The notes below the pieces were generated by a model. That model searched no databases, was not told the DNA's origin, and was given only the letters and a program-made list of their open reading frames with translations. This document shows positions 1 through 14,032 of a stretch of DNA of 64,000 nt, in pieces; positions within the stretch are counted from its first letter, which is position 1; the number at the start of each line of letters is the position of its first letter. The translations under genes were made by a program, and so were the position numbers. This DNA comes from Guillardia theta CCMP2712 (taxonomy: Eukaryota; Protista; Cryptophyta): the NCBI RefSeq assembly GCF_000315625.1, contig NW_005434603.1, positions 264,333 to 328,332 of the forward strand, read 5' to 3'.

Positions 1-558
1 GCTTTGAGGTCTTTCTTCTTGTACAATCTCAGCCTGCTGGCTGATTGCTGCTGCAGGTGGTTATCACTGCGTTGCACGGGACCGCTTACCTCTCGTTTGC
101 TAATCCTCCTCTCATCTATCGAGCGGCGTCGGGCAGCCTCTTCAAGTCACCGCATGTGCTCTACTCGCCACGTTTGACCCGCACACAGACATCGAGGTCT
201 TGGCGAGGGAGCTGATGCTGGCGGTCGAAGTGGATGGCAACGAGGGCCCGGCTTCCTAGTGAAGAGAAGCCTCGCCAAGACCGGCTACTACGGCATGGAG
301 CACACAGTCAGGATACATCTCTCGCCTACAATCCTCCTCAGGTAACTGCCTCGTCCGAGAGATGTTGACCTCACCCTTGTCCAGCTGCTACCCGGGAGGC
401 TTCGGGAGGGCCTGGCAAGGATCTTGGCATCTCGGGGTGAGGGAGAGAGTGCGACACTCGTGCTCGAGCAGCATGTCATTGAGCTGGAGCAGGTGCACGG
501 GCCTAGCAGCTTCAAGATCTCGGTGATCTACTTCAAGAGTGGCAGCGAAGGGTCTTGA
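1..558 (+). CDS. 3' end of an unidentified multi-exon gene (partial)
   Basis: Frame ...HYGMEHTVRIHLSPTILLQ | intron gtaact...tgtccag | LLPGRLREGLARILASRGEGESATLVLEQHVIELEQVHGPSSFKISVIYFKSGSEGS*; no family recognised. Confidence 0.45.
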
Positions 559-1222
559 TGCTGAAGAAACTATCCGATTCTTCCTGGTTGCTCCTTGCTG
601 CACTCTTTTTGCATTTTCGATGCGAGTCCTGCCATGTCCACTAGCTGATGTTGCTACAGTCGTTCAGCTCCAAGAACGGAGCAGGGGCTCTGAGCTGAGC
701 GCCTGAACGCCCTTGGCGGTTGAGAATCGCTGAGCCGCGCGCTTGAGTAGTGGGGGAGGGAGTTGAAGTAGCCCGAGGCGATAACCAGGACGCAAGAGGG
801 GTGAAAGTCACCAGAGCAAGGGGGTTTGATTTAAGAAGGTGAGGGGGGTGGGTGGTTGTCAATACCGGTGGGTTGCTGTGGAGTTTGTGGAGTAATACAA
901 GGTGGGTTGTCCATCAATAATGAATGGGGGTGGGATAGCATCGGAGACTAAGCAGGTAACCCCCTACCCCAACCGTTACTACCGTCATCAATGATCACCC
1001 CCCAAAGTGACTATTCTGACCCCACCCTTTCTATCCAATTTGTTGACCTTCACACCCAAGTACCCCAACTGTTCGATGACTATTTACCTCAACACCCCGA
1101 CCCCCCTTACCTGTGTCCCCACCCCCTCCAATCCCTTTGCAAGCACCGGTGAGAAGAGGGAATGGAGCAGGTAAGACCGGTGCAGGGCTGGGGTAGGTTG
1201 TAACCTGGGGATGGGATAGGCC

Positions 1223-4200
1223 ATGGCAGCGGCTGGTCAAGGAGGCGGCAGCAGCGGCGGATCCACCAGGCAGATCGGAGGAGCAAGCATGTGGGGAAGA
1301 GACGAAACCTCAGGAAGATCAGACGCCAACGTCGCTGACATGCGATTCCCTTCCTCTGTGCGACATTCCGATTCCCAACCAACTCATACCTTAGAGACAT
1401 ACTACCCGAAAATGTTGGAAAAGCTTGAAAATATGCAAGAAAAGCAGCGACAAAGTGATGAAATTCGAGAACAGGTAGTGTCAACAGGCGTATAGAGTCA
1501 TCTCTCTGACGTTGGATGTTTGCAAGCTTGAAAGAGATAAGCGAGAACTGCAACGACAGTTGTCCAGCCAGACCAAGAAATTAGAACTTATGGAAACAGC
1601 GCTCGAAAACGAGAAAGAAAGCAGCAGAATACATGCAAACATTCTGAACGAACGAATTGATGCCTTGAAGGTGATTCCTCTCCAAAATTGCCTTGCATGA
1701 CTGATAGTCTCTGTAGGATCAAATCCGTGCGCACGAAGAGTTGAACGAGAGGTCGGCAAAAGGGAATCAAGAGCTCGAGGTTTGAAGAATGTGATCCATG
1801 TGTGTGATTGAGACATCTTTGTGTGCAGCATAAAGAAAAAGAGATACAACTCTTAAATGAAGCCATCGAGGAGCTGGAGAGAGAAAAAGATCACGCAGTC
1901 CTCGAAGAGAGGAAACGATGTGAAGCTGAAACTGAGAAGGTTCTCAATTTCTTGGCCAAAACGTTGGAAGAACTTGAGATGGCAAAGGAGAAGAACAAAG
2001 AAGTATTCTCACTCAAGAAAGAAATTTTGGAACTCCAGACACAACTTGAAGAACTTCCGTATGCTCAGAAGATCTGCGATATCTATGCTGAATTCTTCAA
2101 CTTTGTGGACAATTGCGCGTGTTTGAATGAGGCTGGTTCGCACAAGTGGAAAGAAACAGATCGAAACATTCGGATCCATCGCAGGACAAGAGTGGAACGG
2201 GGCGACCGATCTGCCAGCCCTTTTTCAAAAGCGACAGCAAGCCCACGCCTGTCAGAAAATGATCCCATTCTTGCATCGACCAAGGACAAATCTATGAGCA
2301 TTGAATCAAAGGATTCTTCTTCAAAGGAGATGACGGATACGTCAAAAAAGCATTCTGATAATGTATCACGTGGTAGAAATCCTTGTGAGGATACATCGTG
2401 CTTGACATGTTCGTTGTTAGGACTTCCACCGAAATTTCCAAATGTTGCAAAAGCAAAACATGAAGGAAACAAAATCCAGAAAGGTGGTGCTGATTCAGTT
2501 GAAAATACTCCTTCAAGTTCACACAGCTTCAGCCTGGGAACGCTGGTAAATCTTTTTCACTTGCGATGAGACGTGTAATTCCCAATCATCAAGATCAAAC
2601 GACTCGAAGAAGCACAGAACAGGCAAGAAAAGGTTGAAGAAGACTTGAACAGAGAAACAACGAAATGTAGAGATCTCGAAATACAGTACAAGGAACTCAT
2701 CTTTAATTTCCATACGAATCATCTTTAATTTGGGATTGTACAGGCGCTGCTCCTTGGAAAAGAAAGGGAGATTGCTAATCTGCGGAAACGGATGGCTTCA
2801 TTCGAAGTAAGATCTGTTTGATCCTTTCAAATTTCACGAGCTGTATCGTATCAGGTTAGATCGGATGCACCTCAGACAGTCTCTTCGAAACAGAGTGTAG
2901 ACCCTGCAGATATTCAGCAAGACTCAGCAGCACCGCATCACTTGACGGAATCAGGAGACAACCAGTCGTACAAGATGGATTCGAATGATTTTCTGCAAGT
3001 GGTATCTTAGCTTCGTACGGATTTTTCTGCCTCTGACACATATTCGCTACGTGTTTTCAGGCAGCGGAGTTGAAACATTGTCAAGAAAAACTTGTATATT
3101 GGCAAAATGAATCAAAATATCTTGCTGAGCAGGTGTTGATTAAAGAAAATAGTGCCTGAATACTGTAACACCAATATTGACATTAATTTTCAAGGTGCGA
3201 TTGCTTCAGAAGCAGTGTCAGGAAAGTTCATTACGAAGGAACGAGGCATTGAAACAAGTGCAAGATCTGCAAATTCGTCTGAAAGAGCAGGTGATCCAAT
3301 CAGTGGCTGTTCTGACCTTGTGAGTGAAATTTTGTGCAATTGAAGGAGATAATGCATACATCGAAAGAAAGCGCTTATACTGAAGCTAGCCAGAAGAATC
3401 TTGACTCGTTGGAATCTCAACTGGAGACTGCAAAGTCTCAATGCAGAATTTTTTCAGACGAACTGCTGGATAAAACTTCAGAAATATCAAATCTAAAATC
3501 TCTGATACAGAAGTATGAGACAGATAAGTTTACAATTCAAAGGAGTTTCGATCAAAAACTAAGCAAGAGCAACTTACAACTCTCTGTGTGTAGAGATTAT
3601 ACAAAAGAGTTGCAAGATCAGATACAGAAGTTTTCAAACGAAATGAGGTAAGGACCGCTTGCGGTTGTTCCGATGCTGATTTATGCCTGCAGGAATGTTA
3701 CGATTCAAATATCTGAGACTTTTCGAGGAACTTCTCAAAAATCATCTAACCCCTACATGCATGAATCACAAGATATGCTCAACACTACTTCTGCCATTTC
3801 AAATATCATGAACGACATGAATTACATACAGCGCAATTTTGACCGTCTAGCTACAGACATTCAACCGTTTCTGAACAGCCATGCAACAAATCAAAACGAT
3901 CTGGAATTGCACGATCCAACCTTCAAACAATCAGATAAAAGGAATACAACCTCTCAATGCCAATATCAAGCACAAATGGAAATCTGGAAGAGGGCATTCA
4001 ATGAAAATGCCAATAAGCTTGACTTCCTCTTAAGAATGATGTTATCCCAAAAGCTCACAGGAATTCAATGTCAAGTTTGTACAGAGATATCAGATTGCTG
4101 GAACGCCCTCACAGAATTGATGGATCTGCCACTCAGATTCGCTTGTCCTGGTGGTCATGACGTCAAGCTTTCTTCCGAGGTGCACGGTACGATCAATCAC

Positions 4201-6415
4201 ATTGGAAATGACATGCAGGACGACGTTGATCTCCATGTCCTGCCGGTGCACAAACTCTCAGACATTTGCGACGAGCACAATTACCAGGACCCTTCGCCTC
4301 CTCCATCGGAAGACATCAGGAAGGTCAACATTAAGTTGAACTTCTCGGAGCTGGATGAGCTCGGGTCCTCTCACGAGGGGAGGGAGAGGTCAGGAGACTA
4401 CCGACAACGGCCCAGGCTGCCGAAGAAGTCGGTGGAGTCTGACTGCCAGCCCTCGGACACGTCAGCGCTGGTTGAGAGGCTGCAGCATCAGAACAGCGCC
4501 TTGAGCCACCAGCTGTCGTTGAAGAGTACCGAGGTGGAGATCCTCTACGGGGAGCTGGAGAACATCAAGAGCAGCCTTGGGAACGAGGAGTTCAGCATTA
4601 GCGACCTCCATACCGAGCTGTCAATCGCGGCAGTGAAGGCAGAAGCGCAACTTCAGATCCTACAGCTGGAAGAGCGGGTGACTCGATCCCTTCCCTCCTG
4701 CCTTCTGCTCGTCGGGGAGTGATGATGGTATGCTGGCAGGTGCGAGAGCTTGAGGATGAGAGGGACGACAGGGAATTCACTCCTCGGTACCGGGAGTTCG
4801 AGAAGAAGTTCGAGATCCTTGAGACCGAGGAGTCGGTGATCTCCCGCGCTGTGTCCCTCGGGCTGGTCGTGGACGGGAAGGTGTGACGTCAGCACATCTC
4901 GAATGCCCTGAACCCTGAACAGAAATTCTTGCGCTCAGGTGTTTGAGAACGTGCGAGAGTCGGTCAAGTCTCTGAGCAACCTGATCGTGGAGGAGGTTCA
5001 GTCCATGAACGAGATCCTTGAGTGGAACCTCGAGGAGCTTCAAGTCACAATCAGGTGACTTGTAGTCTTAGAGATGGTTGTGCTCTGGTGATCCGTTCAA
5101 CTCTCAGGGAAAGGGAGGGGCATGTGATCGAGGACCTAGAAAGCATGAGAAGGTATTTCAGGTCGACGCATTTGATTTTCGTTGTGTTGACGTTGTTCGA
5201 AAGAAAATACGAGCGTGAAATTGCTGAGCCTTTGCAAACGGTGAGCGGACACGCATGGGATGTCAATTGAAATTAACTCGTTTTTCAGAAATTGCTGGAG
5301 GAACAGAATACAATCTCACAATGCAGACAGAGGAATGCAAAGCAGGACTTGTTGATTTTCTTCAAAGGTACTGCATGTAGATTCATGTTTTGTGTGGTAA
5401 AGGATTATGCAGATGTTCAACTTGAGCAATTCCGCTCAAAGTATTCGAAGGCTGTGTCGATCATCTCTGAAAGCTTTTCAACAATGTCAGAGCTTGCTGG
5501 CATTTATCAAGACTTGTTTGAAGCATGCGCAATCCAATCATCTCTTGAGACCGCTAAAAGGATGGTGTTGTCAACACCGACGAACCATGATGAAGAGGTG
5601 AAGGTCTTGTGCTCTTTTTGAGAGACGAGTCTGAGGGTTGTTATCAGAATCATATGACGGGGCAGAAAGAAAGAGAGGAGGATAATCCTTCGGTGAAGAA
5701 CATGATTATGGAGAAGAAGAGCCCCCACAGCTCCGAAGAACATGCTTCTCCGCAAACATCAAGCCCGAAGGAGTTGAAACCTCTCATCGAGATTAACGAC
5801 AAACCCAAGTCAGAGCTGACAGACATGATCTCTCTTCCATGCAAGATAGAAGTCTGCATCAAAACTGCGAGAATATCAGACAAACACGACATGGAGGAAC
5901 TAGGTTTCCCGTACCTCATCGTTGTGTTGGATCACAAGAATGGTCGTTCGGCTCGTCGAAAGACGCTGATCGGAGAGAGCAAGATTCATACAGATGTTAA
6001 GAGGTCGCTTGCGAGGCTCGCAGCATGCCCCTGCCTGAGCCGATGTTGTAGGCGAGAACTGGTTGTCATCATGGAAGAAACCTTCAAGTTCGATGTCTTC
6101 AAGATCGATCAGGTCAGCAGTGCTGTCTGCCTCGCTTCTTGGATTGAACCTTGCAGTAGAAATTTGCCTTCACATTGTTCAACGGCCCTGGAGCGCATGC
6201 AGACAAGTCTAGCAAGATCCCGAAGATGATTGGTTGCGGCAACCTCCCGGTCGCACGTATTATGCATCAGGTGAAGCAGATGTCAACCCTCTGGTTCCTT
6301 GACATGCTCGCAGCTCGAGAGCGTTGATCCGACCTCCATCAGCCTGTCGGACGGAGATGAGACCATTGGGAACCTGTTTGTACAGTTTTCGTTTGTGTCT
6401 TCTCTCAAGTCATGA
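1223..6415 (+). CDS. Large multi-exon coiled-coil protein with a C-terminal C2-like domain (may be more than one gene)
   Basis: Consecutive E/K/L/Q-rich + strand ORFs (1223, 1808, 3334, 3673, 5292, 5609) separated by short GT-AG introns. The C-terminus reads IEVCIKTAR..LGFPYLIVVL..MEETFKFDV..FTLFN..MIGCGNLPVARI..ETIGNLFVQFSFVSSLKS* (TGA 6413-6415), a C2 beta-sandwich pattern. Confidence 0.6.
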
Positions 6416-7236
6416 GTGATGTTGATCGTGATCGTTTCAAGAGATGTAAATTAGACGACTGGAATCTTAAAGTTATGAAGCGATGAATCAGACCTGCTGC
6501 GATTGCCGACATCATCAGAGCCTCAGGCTTGATATCAAGGAGCCTGCGGAGAAAGCCTCACACGTGACTGCCATCTGCCTTGAACTTCATTGCTGCCAGT
6601 TACGATGTTTACTGACCAGTTCTTGACTTCTGACCAAAGACTACGATCACCTGCCACCTCCGCCTCAGGAGTGACTCAGTCACTCAGCACTTTCAGGCTT
6701 GAAGTTACTCGGAGGCTTCCACTCACTGCCAGTGACTTAGTCACTCACAGTCTCGCCATCTGAGGCCGCGGGATTCCGAGTGCGGTGGCGCCGGCGGCGG
6801 CCCGACCCGCCCGAGGCCCAGGCTCACGGTACTCTGAGTAGTTACCCGGCCGTCCCGGCAGGTGCCAGCTGCCTGCAACGGCTGCCAGCGGCCAGTGGGC
6901 CGGGCCAGCCTCGGGCTCAGTGAGGCCCCGGGTCACCTTGATGTATTGTTGATACACCGTTTAATGTATCGCTCATACATGACCAACGGTCGAGTCAACC
7001 TGATGTTGAGTGATGAGCAAACTGGGATGTTGGGTGGGAACATGAAGGAGGGGAGACTCAGATGGGGAGGGGGAGGGGGAGGTGGAGGGAGAAGGAGAGG
7101 GGGAGGGGGAGGGGGAAGGGGAGGGAGACTCCTGGGAGAAGGGAGAGGGAGAAGGGTTTGTGATGATGACGTATTTGTCGTTTGAGATGTGCGACGGTGA
7201 CCTGGCTGCTGCAGCATGGTCGACAGAGCTTTTTCC

Positions 7237-10200
7237 ATGGCGGAGTCAGAGCCCGGCGAAGTTTCACACTTCGACCATCTGCTTTCGTTTCCCCAAGAGA
7301 TCGCTCCCGTCTTCGACTCACTCACAGCAGAGCAAGAAGACAGAAGAATATTCGATTATGTCAGGAACAGGGAAGTTGGAAGAAACTTGGAGAGGGTAAG
7401 AGGAGGAGAACAAAGAGTTGAACGAGGTGGTCATGAGAATCTTGTAGATCAACGAAATTTTGGATCAAGCGACGAAGGAGAGGATTGAATCTGATGGTAT
7501 GTTCTTGTTTCGATGGCTTTGCTGGAAAGGTGATTTTCTCTCTGTTGTCCATCAGTCTTGCTGGATAAATTGTACAGCACCAAACTTTCAGCCATGCAAC
7601 GCCTCCTGACTGAGCAGATCGAGAGAGGATTCAAGTCATTACACGTAGTAAGGCCATCCTGCTTGCAGTCAAGTGACCAATGCGGACAGGAAGAGCTTGA
7701 GATATCGAAAGAAAGGATGCGGATCGCCGCTGGTATGAACATACTCCTCCGAGCTACTCGGTTCTCAATCTTTCTCGTTAGAGAAATTGTACCAACACGA
7801 GGTGGACGCGGAGATAGCAAGGCGGCAGTTGTATGATGAACTTCAAGCGAAGATGGACGGCTTGACTAACGTTGCTATTTCTCGCTCTCCTCTTTTCACT
7901 CACCACCACATGACAGGAGTTACAAACTGTCAGCGTGCATCGACAACAGCAAGACATTGACTTCCGCGTCAAGATCCCTCCAGCGGTGTAAGGATGAGAG
8001 CTTATCATGGAGCTCATTTTCGTCCAGGTCCTGTCAGTCTACCGCATGCTTCAGGATGAGAAGGACGTCTGCGAGGGTCTACAGGCAGAGTGCAGGTGAT
8101 TCAAGGAGGAGGAAGGGGTTCGATAGAGCAGGAGAGGATGTGACGGGGACGGACAGAGAAAGGTGTCTTCCTCTTGAGCACAGCGACCTCAACGACATCG
8201 AGCATTCTGTCGCCCAACAGGTTGAGGACGTAGCCGCCGCGTATCTCCCAATGCCTGACAAGGTGTTCAGGCTATCCGACAGGAGATACACGACCTGGTG
8301 TCAGCGATAACCCAGGAGGTGAGAAACGTTGAACGCGCTCTGCAGGAGCTCAAGGATACTCAGGTGCATGATCGCATCGCCGAGGAGAAGGCGCAGGCAG
8401 CACGAGCACGGGCATTGACCGATGCCCTATCCCAAGGGCTCAAGATTGTGAATGCTTCCGCGCCCTTACCATGAGCGTCATCGCAGCAGTGAGAGCTCGC
8501 AGGCCAATAAAAGTGCGTGCGATCAAATACTTTCATTCTTCAACGGAATCGCGTCAAAAGGACACGAGAGTCATCAACATATGCTCCCTTCTTCATCCGT
8601 AAAGCTTGAGAGCACGTGGCGTTCAAGGTACCGACTTGTTCTGAGCTTGGAACTCTGGGCTGAGTCAACGGGTCACTGCCTGGGATGATAACACTGCTCT
8701 CTTGACTTACTCGTTCATTAGAAGTTCCTCTGGGGGGACGGCCGGGTGTGGAGTGGTGAACCACTGCACCAACACGTCACCTTGTCAATGCAAAACCTAA
8801 ATCGACATCGTGCTCACATCCTTGCCCAACTGCTTGATCATGTGAAGCACACCATAGGTGGTTGCATGGATCTGACAAGCTCGTGTCAAAAATCGAGCAG
8901 ATCGATGAGCTTTCTATCACCTCCTCGAGTTCGCCAAAACCAAACTCCTCTTTCATCTCCTCCTCACTCTTTCCACTCTCGAGGACCTGAAGAGTCAGTC
9001 AGCCGGCCGGTCAAGTTCAACACAGGAATCATCTGACCGACAGCTTCCACTTAGTTCTCTGTAGATTACTCTCCTTGAATGCGCTGTCAGGCATTTCCTC
9101 CAAGACCTTGTGTAGGCAGTATCAGAAACTTGTGTGTATAAGAAACCTCTCTGACAGCAACCTTGAGGAGGTATTTGCAAAGTTTTGTCAAGTCCTGAAC
9201 AACGTCGGGGTTCTTCTCAAGACCCACGAGCCCTCCAGCCCAGTCTCCATCCCCTGACAGCATCTGGAGACGTATCTCGTCAGTAAGCAAACAAGATAAT
9301 TTGACTTCTAGCGGGTTGAACAAATCAGAACACATGTTCATCGAGCAGAATCAATTCGCTACCGTTCCATTCTGAGCAGTGGCTCTGTGCTCCTTCCACA
9401 AGGTGGAGTGAAAGAGGTTCCCACGGGAGACGCTGAGGGAGCGTCAGATATGGTCCTCTGCCCAAAGCGAGGAGGGCGGAGCGATACCGGCTGGGATCGA
9501 GGTCGGAAAACGCAGGTTTGGAAGTATGGAGGAGACGAACTGAAGTTCAGCAAGCACCGTCACTGATCTCGTGAGGGAAGAGCAAGAAGCCCACCAAGCC
9601 CAGGGGAGGACCTCCTCACGCCAAGCCTCGACAATGCACGGAAGGCCTGCTCCGCTTCCAGTGAGTTCTGATGCCTCCGACCCTCAGCCTGATCTAGCGG
9701 TTCGAAGAGTCGAGATCGCAGTGTTTGACTGAAAGACTACATTCCAACCGTTGTATCCTTCTGTCTAGCTTACCAACTTCCACATAGACATTTCAAAGAT
9801 CATCCCAATCAACTCACAATCCATACCGTTCGCCTAGTCGCTTCAATGGAGGAACGAAAGCTTNNNNNNNNNNNNNNNNNNNNNNNNNNNNNNNNNNNNN
9901 NNNNNNNNNNNNNNNNNNNNNNNNNNNNNNNNNNNNNNNNNNNNNNNNNNNNNNNNNNNNNNNAACCACATGTTCCTAGAGACAGAAAAAATTCAGATAC
10001 GTTCCCATTGTCGACAGGGGGATAGAGCCCTTTCCAAAAGGTGTATGAAAGAGGTCCCCCGAGGAAACGTTGGGGGAGCTTCAAAAATGGTCCTTGGCCC
10101 AAACCGAGGAGGGGGGAGGCATCCAGCCTGGGTTGCAGTTGGGAAAAGCCAGTTTTGGAAATTTGGAGTAGTTGAACGGAATTTCAGCAAGCCCCGTCAT

Positions 10201-10829
10201 GGCTTTCATGGGGGAAGAAAAAAAACCCCCCAAAGCCCAGGGGAGGACCTCCTCACCCCAAGCCTTGACAATCCGCGGAAGCCCTGCTCCGTTTCCAGGG
10301 AGTTGGGTCGCCTCCGCCCTTCACCCGGATCATCCGGTTCGAAGAGTGGAGATCGCAGTTTTTGGTTGAAAAACTACATTCCAACCGTTGTTTCTTTCGG
10401 TAGATCTTCCCAATTTCCAAAAAGACATTTCAAAATTATTCCCAAAAAACTCCCAATCCACTCCGTTCCCAGATTGGTTTCAATGACGGAATGAAAGTTT
10501 GGGGGGGGGGGGGGGGGGGGGAGAGAAGACTTCTACCAACAAACAATTATCCTAACCGAGCTCTCAATGCTTGCAGTTCACAACTCTAAGCTGTTTTTGC
10601 GTCACTCCCAAGTCTTGAGTGTTCACTCCTCTTCTCCCTTCTGTTGCAGACATCCAGGAGCACCTACTATGATGTTGCTGTTCTCCTTACGGGGTGGAAC
10701 GATCTCAAGAACGCCTCCTCCACTCTCTCAATCACCCCCATGTCAATGCCTTCCTCCTCCTCGCTCTGTCCGTTCTTCCCATCCTCTGCGACGCGTACCT
10801 GCGCCATCGTCGAACAGCTACTGCTATAA
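7237..10829 (+). CDS. Multi-exon hypothetical protein with coiled-coil N-terminal part, interrupted by an assembly gap
   Basis: ATG 7237 MAESEPGEVSHFDHLL..., coding-like exons (LDKLYSTKLSAMQRLLTEQIERG; LNDIEHSVAQQVEDVAAAY) with GT-AG introns, and a probable last exon 10650-10829. 3' structure is uncertain. Confidence 0.4.
9864..9963. other. Scaffold gap (100 N)
   Basis: Run of N. Confidence 1.
9964..10520 (+). repeat. Degraded duplicate of about 9330-9863, probably a low-quality read/assembly artefact ending in poly-G
   Basis: Colinear with the pre-gap sequence (cccaggggaggacctcctcac, gactacattccaaccgttgt); differences tend to extend neighbouring homopolymers; ends at a G run near 10501-10521. 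Confidence 0.8.
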
Positions 10830-12122
10830 TCTTTCCTAGGACCTTCCTATGTCATTTCTTATGACCTAAATGGCAGACATCCTAGCAACATCCTATGACC
10901 CAGAGTGTTTACAATTTCCATTTACAAGCTTGTATGAAGATAGGACCTCCAAAGCCCTTTCCTAGACCCAAATTTCTTACCGTCCTACAGACTGTCACTA
11001 GGACCTACATTTGGACCCTCATCCCCAAATCTCCCTATCATTTGCCCTCATCCCCGCTCAGCCTGTTTCTCTCATCATCTCCCTCATTCTCTTTTCATCC
11101 CCCTCTTACCCTTATCTCACCTCACGTTGGTGCGGGTGGGGTAGTAACAACCCCCTGGTAATCAGCCCTGAACCCCTTTTTTCCAAGGGTTCTGAGCAAT
11201 AGTAAGGGGTACAAGCAGAGACATTTGGTGGGTAGGGTGTGGGGTCGGAAATCCAGGAGAAGGTGGGTAGGGGTTCCAGGGTCACGAGGCCCATAGTAGT
11301 GAAGCTAGCTTGTAAGCGGCCCCGTTTCTACTACCCCTACCCCTCTCAATCCCTGTGATCACCCATCCATCCTCAAACTTCACACCCTACCCCAACCTCC
11401 TTTTTTCCTCGAATTGATGACCCCTTCTCCATCACCACCCCCCAAAAGCTTATTTTCACCCCTCCTTTTTCCATGATAATACCCCAAGATTTCCCACCCC
11501 AAATCTCCACCCCCCTTCTACTTACCCCCCACCCTCGGATGACCATATGTCTTTAGCGGACTCATAACGCTGCTGTGGACCACCCCTACCCATATGATCG
11601 TCTTGTGAAATACCGGTCCTTGCAAATGACTTCCACCCCTCTTTGCAGATAGTCTGCAAATCCACCCCTCTTCGACCCAGTGATCCTCATCCGGTGGGGT
11701 ACTACTCAGACCCCTACCCTATGTTTGATCTGTTTAATTACCGGTTATCCACAACCATTTTGTGACCACCCCATGGATTTCTTCATAATCCAGAGAGGTA
11801 CCCCTTATTTTCCCAAGTATTCTGAAACCACCCCCTACAATTCCCAACTTAACCACCAGAAACTGTTTGTTCATCTACCCCTCGTCTACATCACCCCACC
11901 CCACTAAACCTAATTTGTTTTGTATTGGAACTTCATGAGAACTACATATCCATATTTTCTTATGATAAGACATATAATAAATACCCTTTGTATCACCCCC
12001 AATTGACTTCTAAAAATGATTACCCCATGAAACTATACCCCCACCCCAGATGGTGTACCCTCCACCCCCCGCTGCATCTCCTTTCCCTCCCCTCCCTCCT
12101 CTCGTGGTGCGGCCTCTCCTGC

Positions 12123-13883
12123 ATGCTCACGATGCGCTCCTCGTCCGCCCTCGCCCTCGCGTTCGCTCTGACAGCTTCTCCTGAGGCTGCCGAGGCCTTC
12201 GGACTGCGTCCCCCAGTCCTCTCCTCCTCTCCCTCCCTCTCCCGTGCTGGAGTTGCCCGTGCTGGTAGCAGAGGTGTGAAAATGGTGGCCACCGCCCCGA
12301 CCTCCAAGTTTGAGAAGATGAGGTTCAAGTACGGCAAGTAAGTCTAACTCTCTCTCCGATGTTTCCGGTGCTAGAATTGTTTGCTCGCGCACGCAGAGAT
12401 CTCTTTGCTCGAGACTCCACTTGCCTCTGCCGCAGTTTGTCCTACAGTGTCCCCTGCTGACCATTCGGTTTCTTTGCTAGGCCATCCTTGGAGAGGGGCA
12501 TCAGCCAGGAGATGAAGGATGCTCAGAAGATCGCTGGATTTGACTACAGTGACTTTGAATCCGCCATCGCTAAGTTCGACAACACCTTCCAGGTACTCGG
12601 TTAGGAAATCGCAACTCAGGTGTTTGATGGAGGTGCCGACAGGTTGGCGATGTGGTTGTTGGCCAAGTTGTGCAGTTCGAGCAAGGAGGTGCTCTTGTTG
12701 ACATCGGAGGCAAGTCCAGCGCCTACCTCGGCGCTGCGGAGGCCTCCATGCAGCGTGTTGACGACATCGAGATGTTCCTCTCCATCGCCGACAACCGTGA
12801 GTTCCAGGTACCTCATCGCATGCCGACATTCGGACCCTCAGGACTGACCCCTGCCTCGCAGATCATTTCTGGTGAGGACGAGAATGGTCAGGTCCGTCTC
12901 TCCATCAGGAAGCTTGAGTTTGCTCGTGCCTGGGAGCGTGTTCGTCAGATCCAGGTAGAACTCATTCCGGCTTCTTGGATCAAGCAGACTTTGCTCTTGA
13001 CATATATTGACTTTCTGCAAATTCACAGGCCGAGGATTGCACTATCATGGCTGAGATCCTCTCCATCAACCGTGGAGGAGCCTTGATCAACTTCGAAGGC
13101 CTCCGTGGATTCCTCCCAGGCTCCCACGCTCCCCAAGGTAGGAGTGCTCGAGCTTCAGAAGGCAGAATGTTGCTGATGCTTGCTTTGTTTGCACAGGCAT
13201 GACTGAGGATACTGTTGGAACCATGATCCCCTTGAAGTTCCTCGAGGTCGACCAGGCCAAGAACAGGCTGGTTGTTTCCAATCGCCGGGCTGTTGTCGAG
13301 ACCAAGCTTGTCAACTTGGAGCCTGGTCAGCTCGTTACTGGAATTGTTCGTTCCATCAAGCCATATGGTAGACTTTATTGCTGCAATGTGAATGGATGGT
13401 CAAAGATGAATTCACTAACATCTTGTTCTTACAGGTGCCTTTGTTGACATCGGAGGCATCTCTGGATTGCTTCACATCTCCCAAATCTCTCACGATCACA
13501 TTTCCGATGTTAGCAAGGTTCTCCAGGAAGGCCAGGAGATCAAGGCCATGATCCTCACCCAAGACAAGGACAAGGGTCGCTTCTCCTTGTCCACCAAGAC
13601 GCTGGAGGCTGAACCAGGGGACATGGTGCGCGAATCGCTCGAAGTGGGAGAAGTCCTTTGTTGACCCGTTAACAGATCAGGAACCCTGAGATGGTGAAAG
13701 AGAATGCTGAGGAGACTGCTAAGAGATACCACGAACGTCTCCAGGCCGAGCAGCAGGCCCGCGACCAGGTTGACACGATTTGAACGTTGTAGGTGTGCCC
13801 TAACTTGATATGCACAGGCTGCGTCAGAGCTTGTTGCTGGATTAGATCTCAACGCCCTTTCTTCTGAGGAGCTTGTTGCATAA
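12123..13883 (+). CDS. rps1: Nucleus-encoded plastid 30S ribosomal protein S1 (bS1c) with bipartite targeting leader
   Basis: Three S1 domains across exons: [98 protein letters not shown]. Leader [22 protein letters not shown]|FGLRPP followed by an S/R-rich transit-like segment. TAA 13881-13883. Confidence 0.93.
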
Positions 13884-14032
13884 ACGATGTGAAGGACTTC
13901 TTTAGTAAAGTAATCAACACGGCACGACATTAGAGTTTGTTGATTCTCGACTTGACTTTTCTATTGATCGTACAAAACAAGATTGGAGGGAATGCCATGC
14001 ATTGGAACGGTCAGGTGTTTTTCTGAACCTGG

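Noticed and set aside
9964-10520. Apparent diverged tandem duplication or hypermutated copy of 9330-9863
   Set aside because: It abuts an N gap and a poly-G run, and the changes look like base-calling slippage; best explained as a low-quality read of the same locus.
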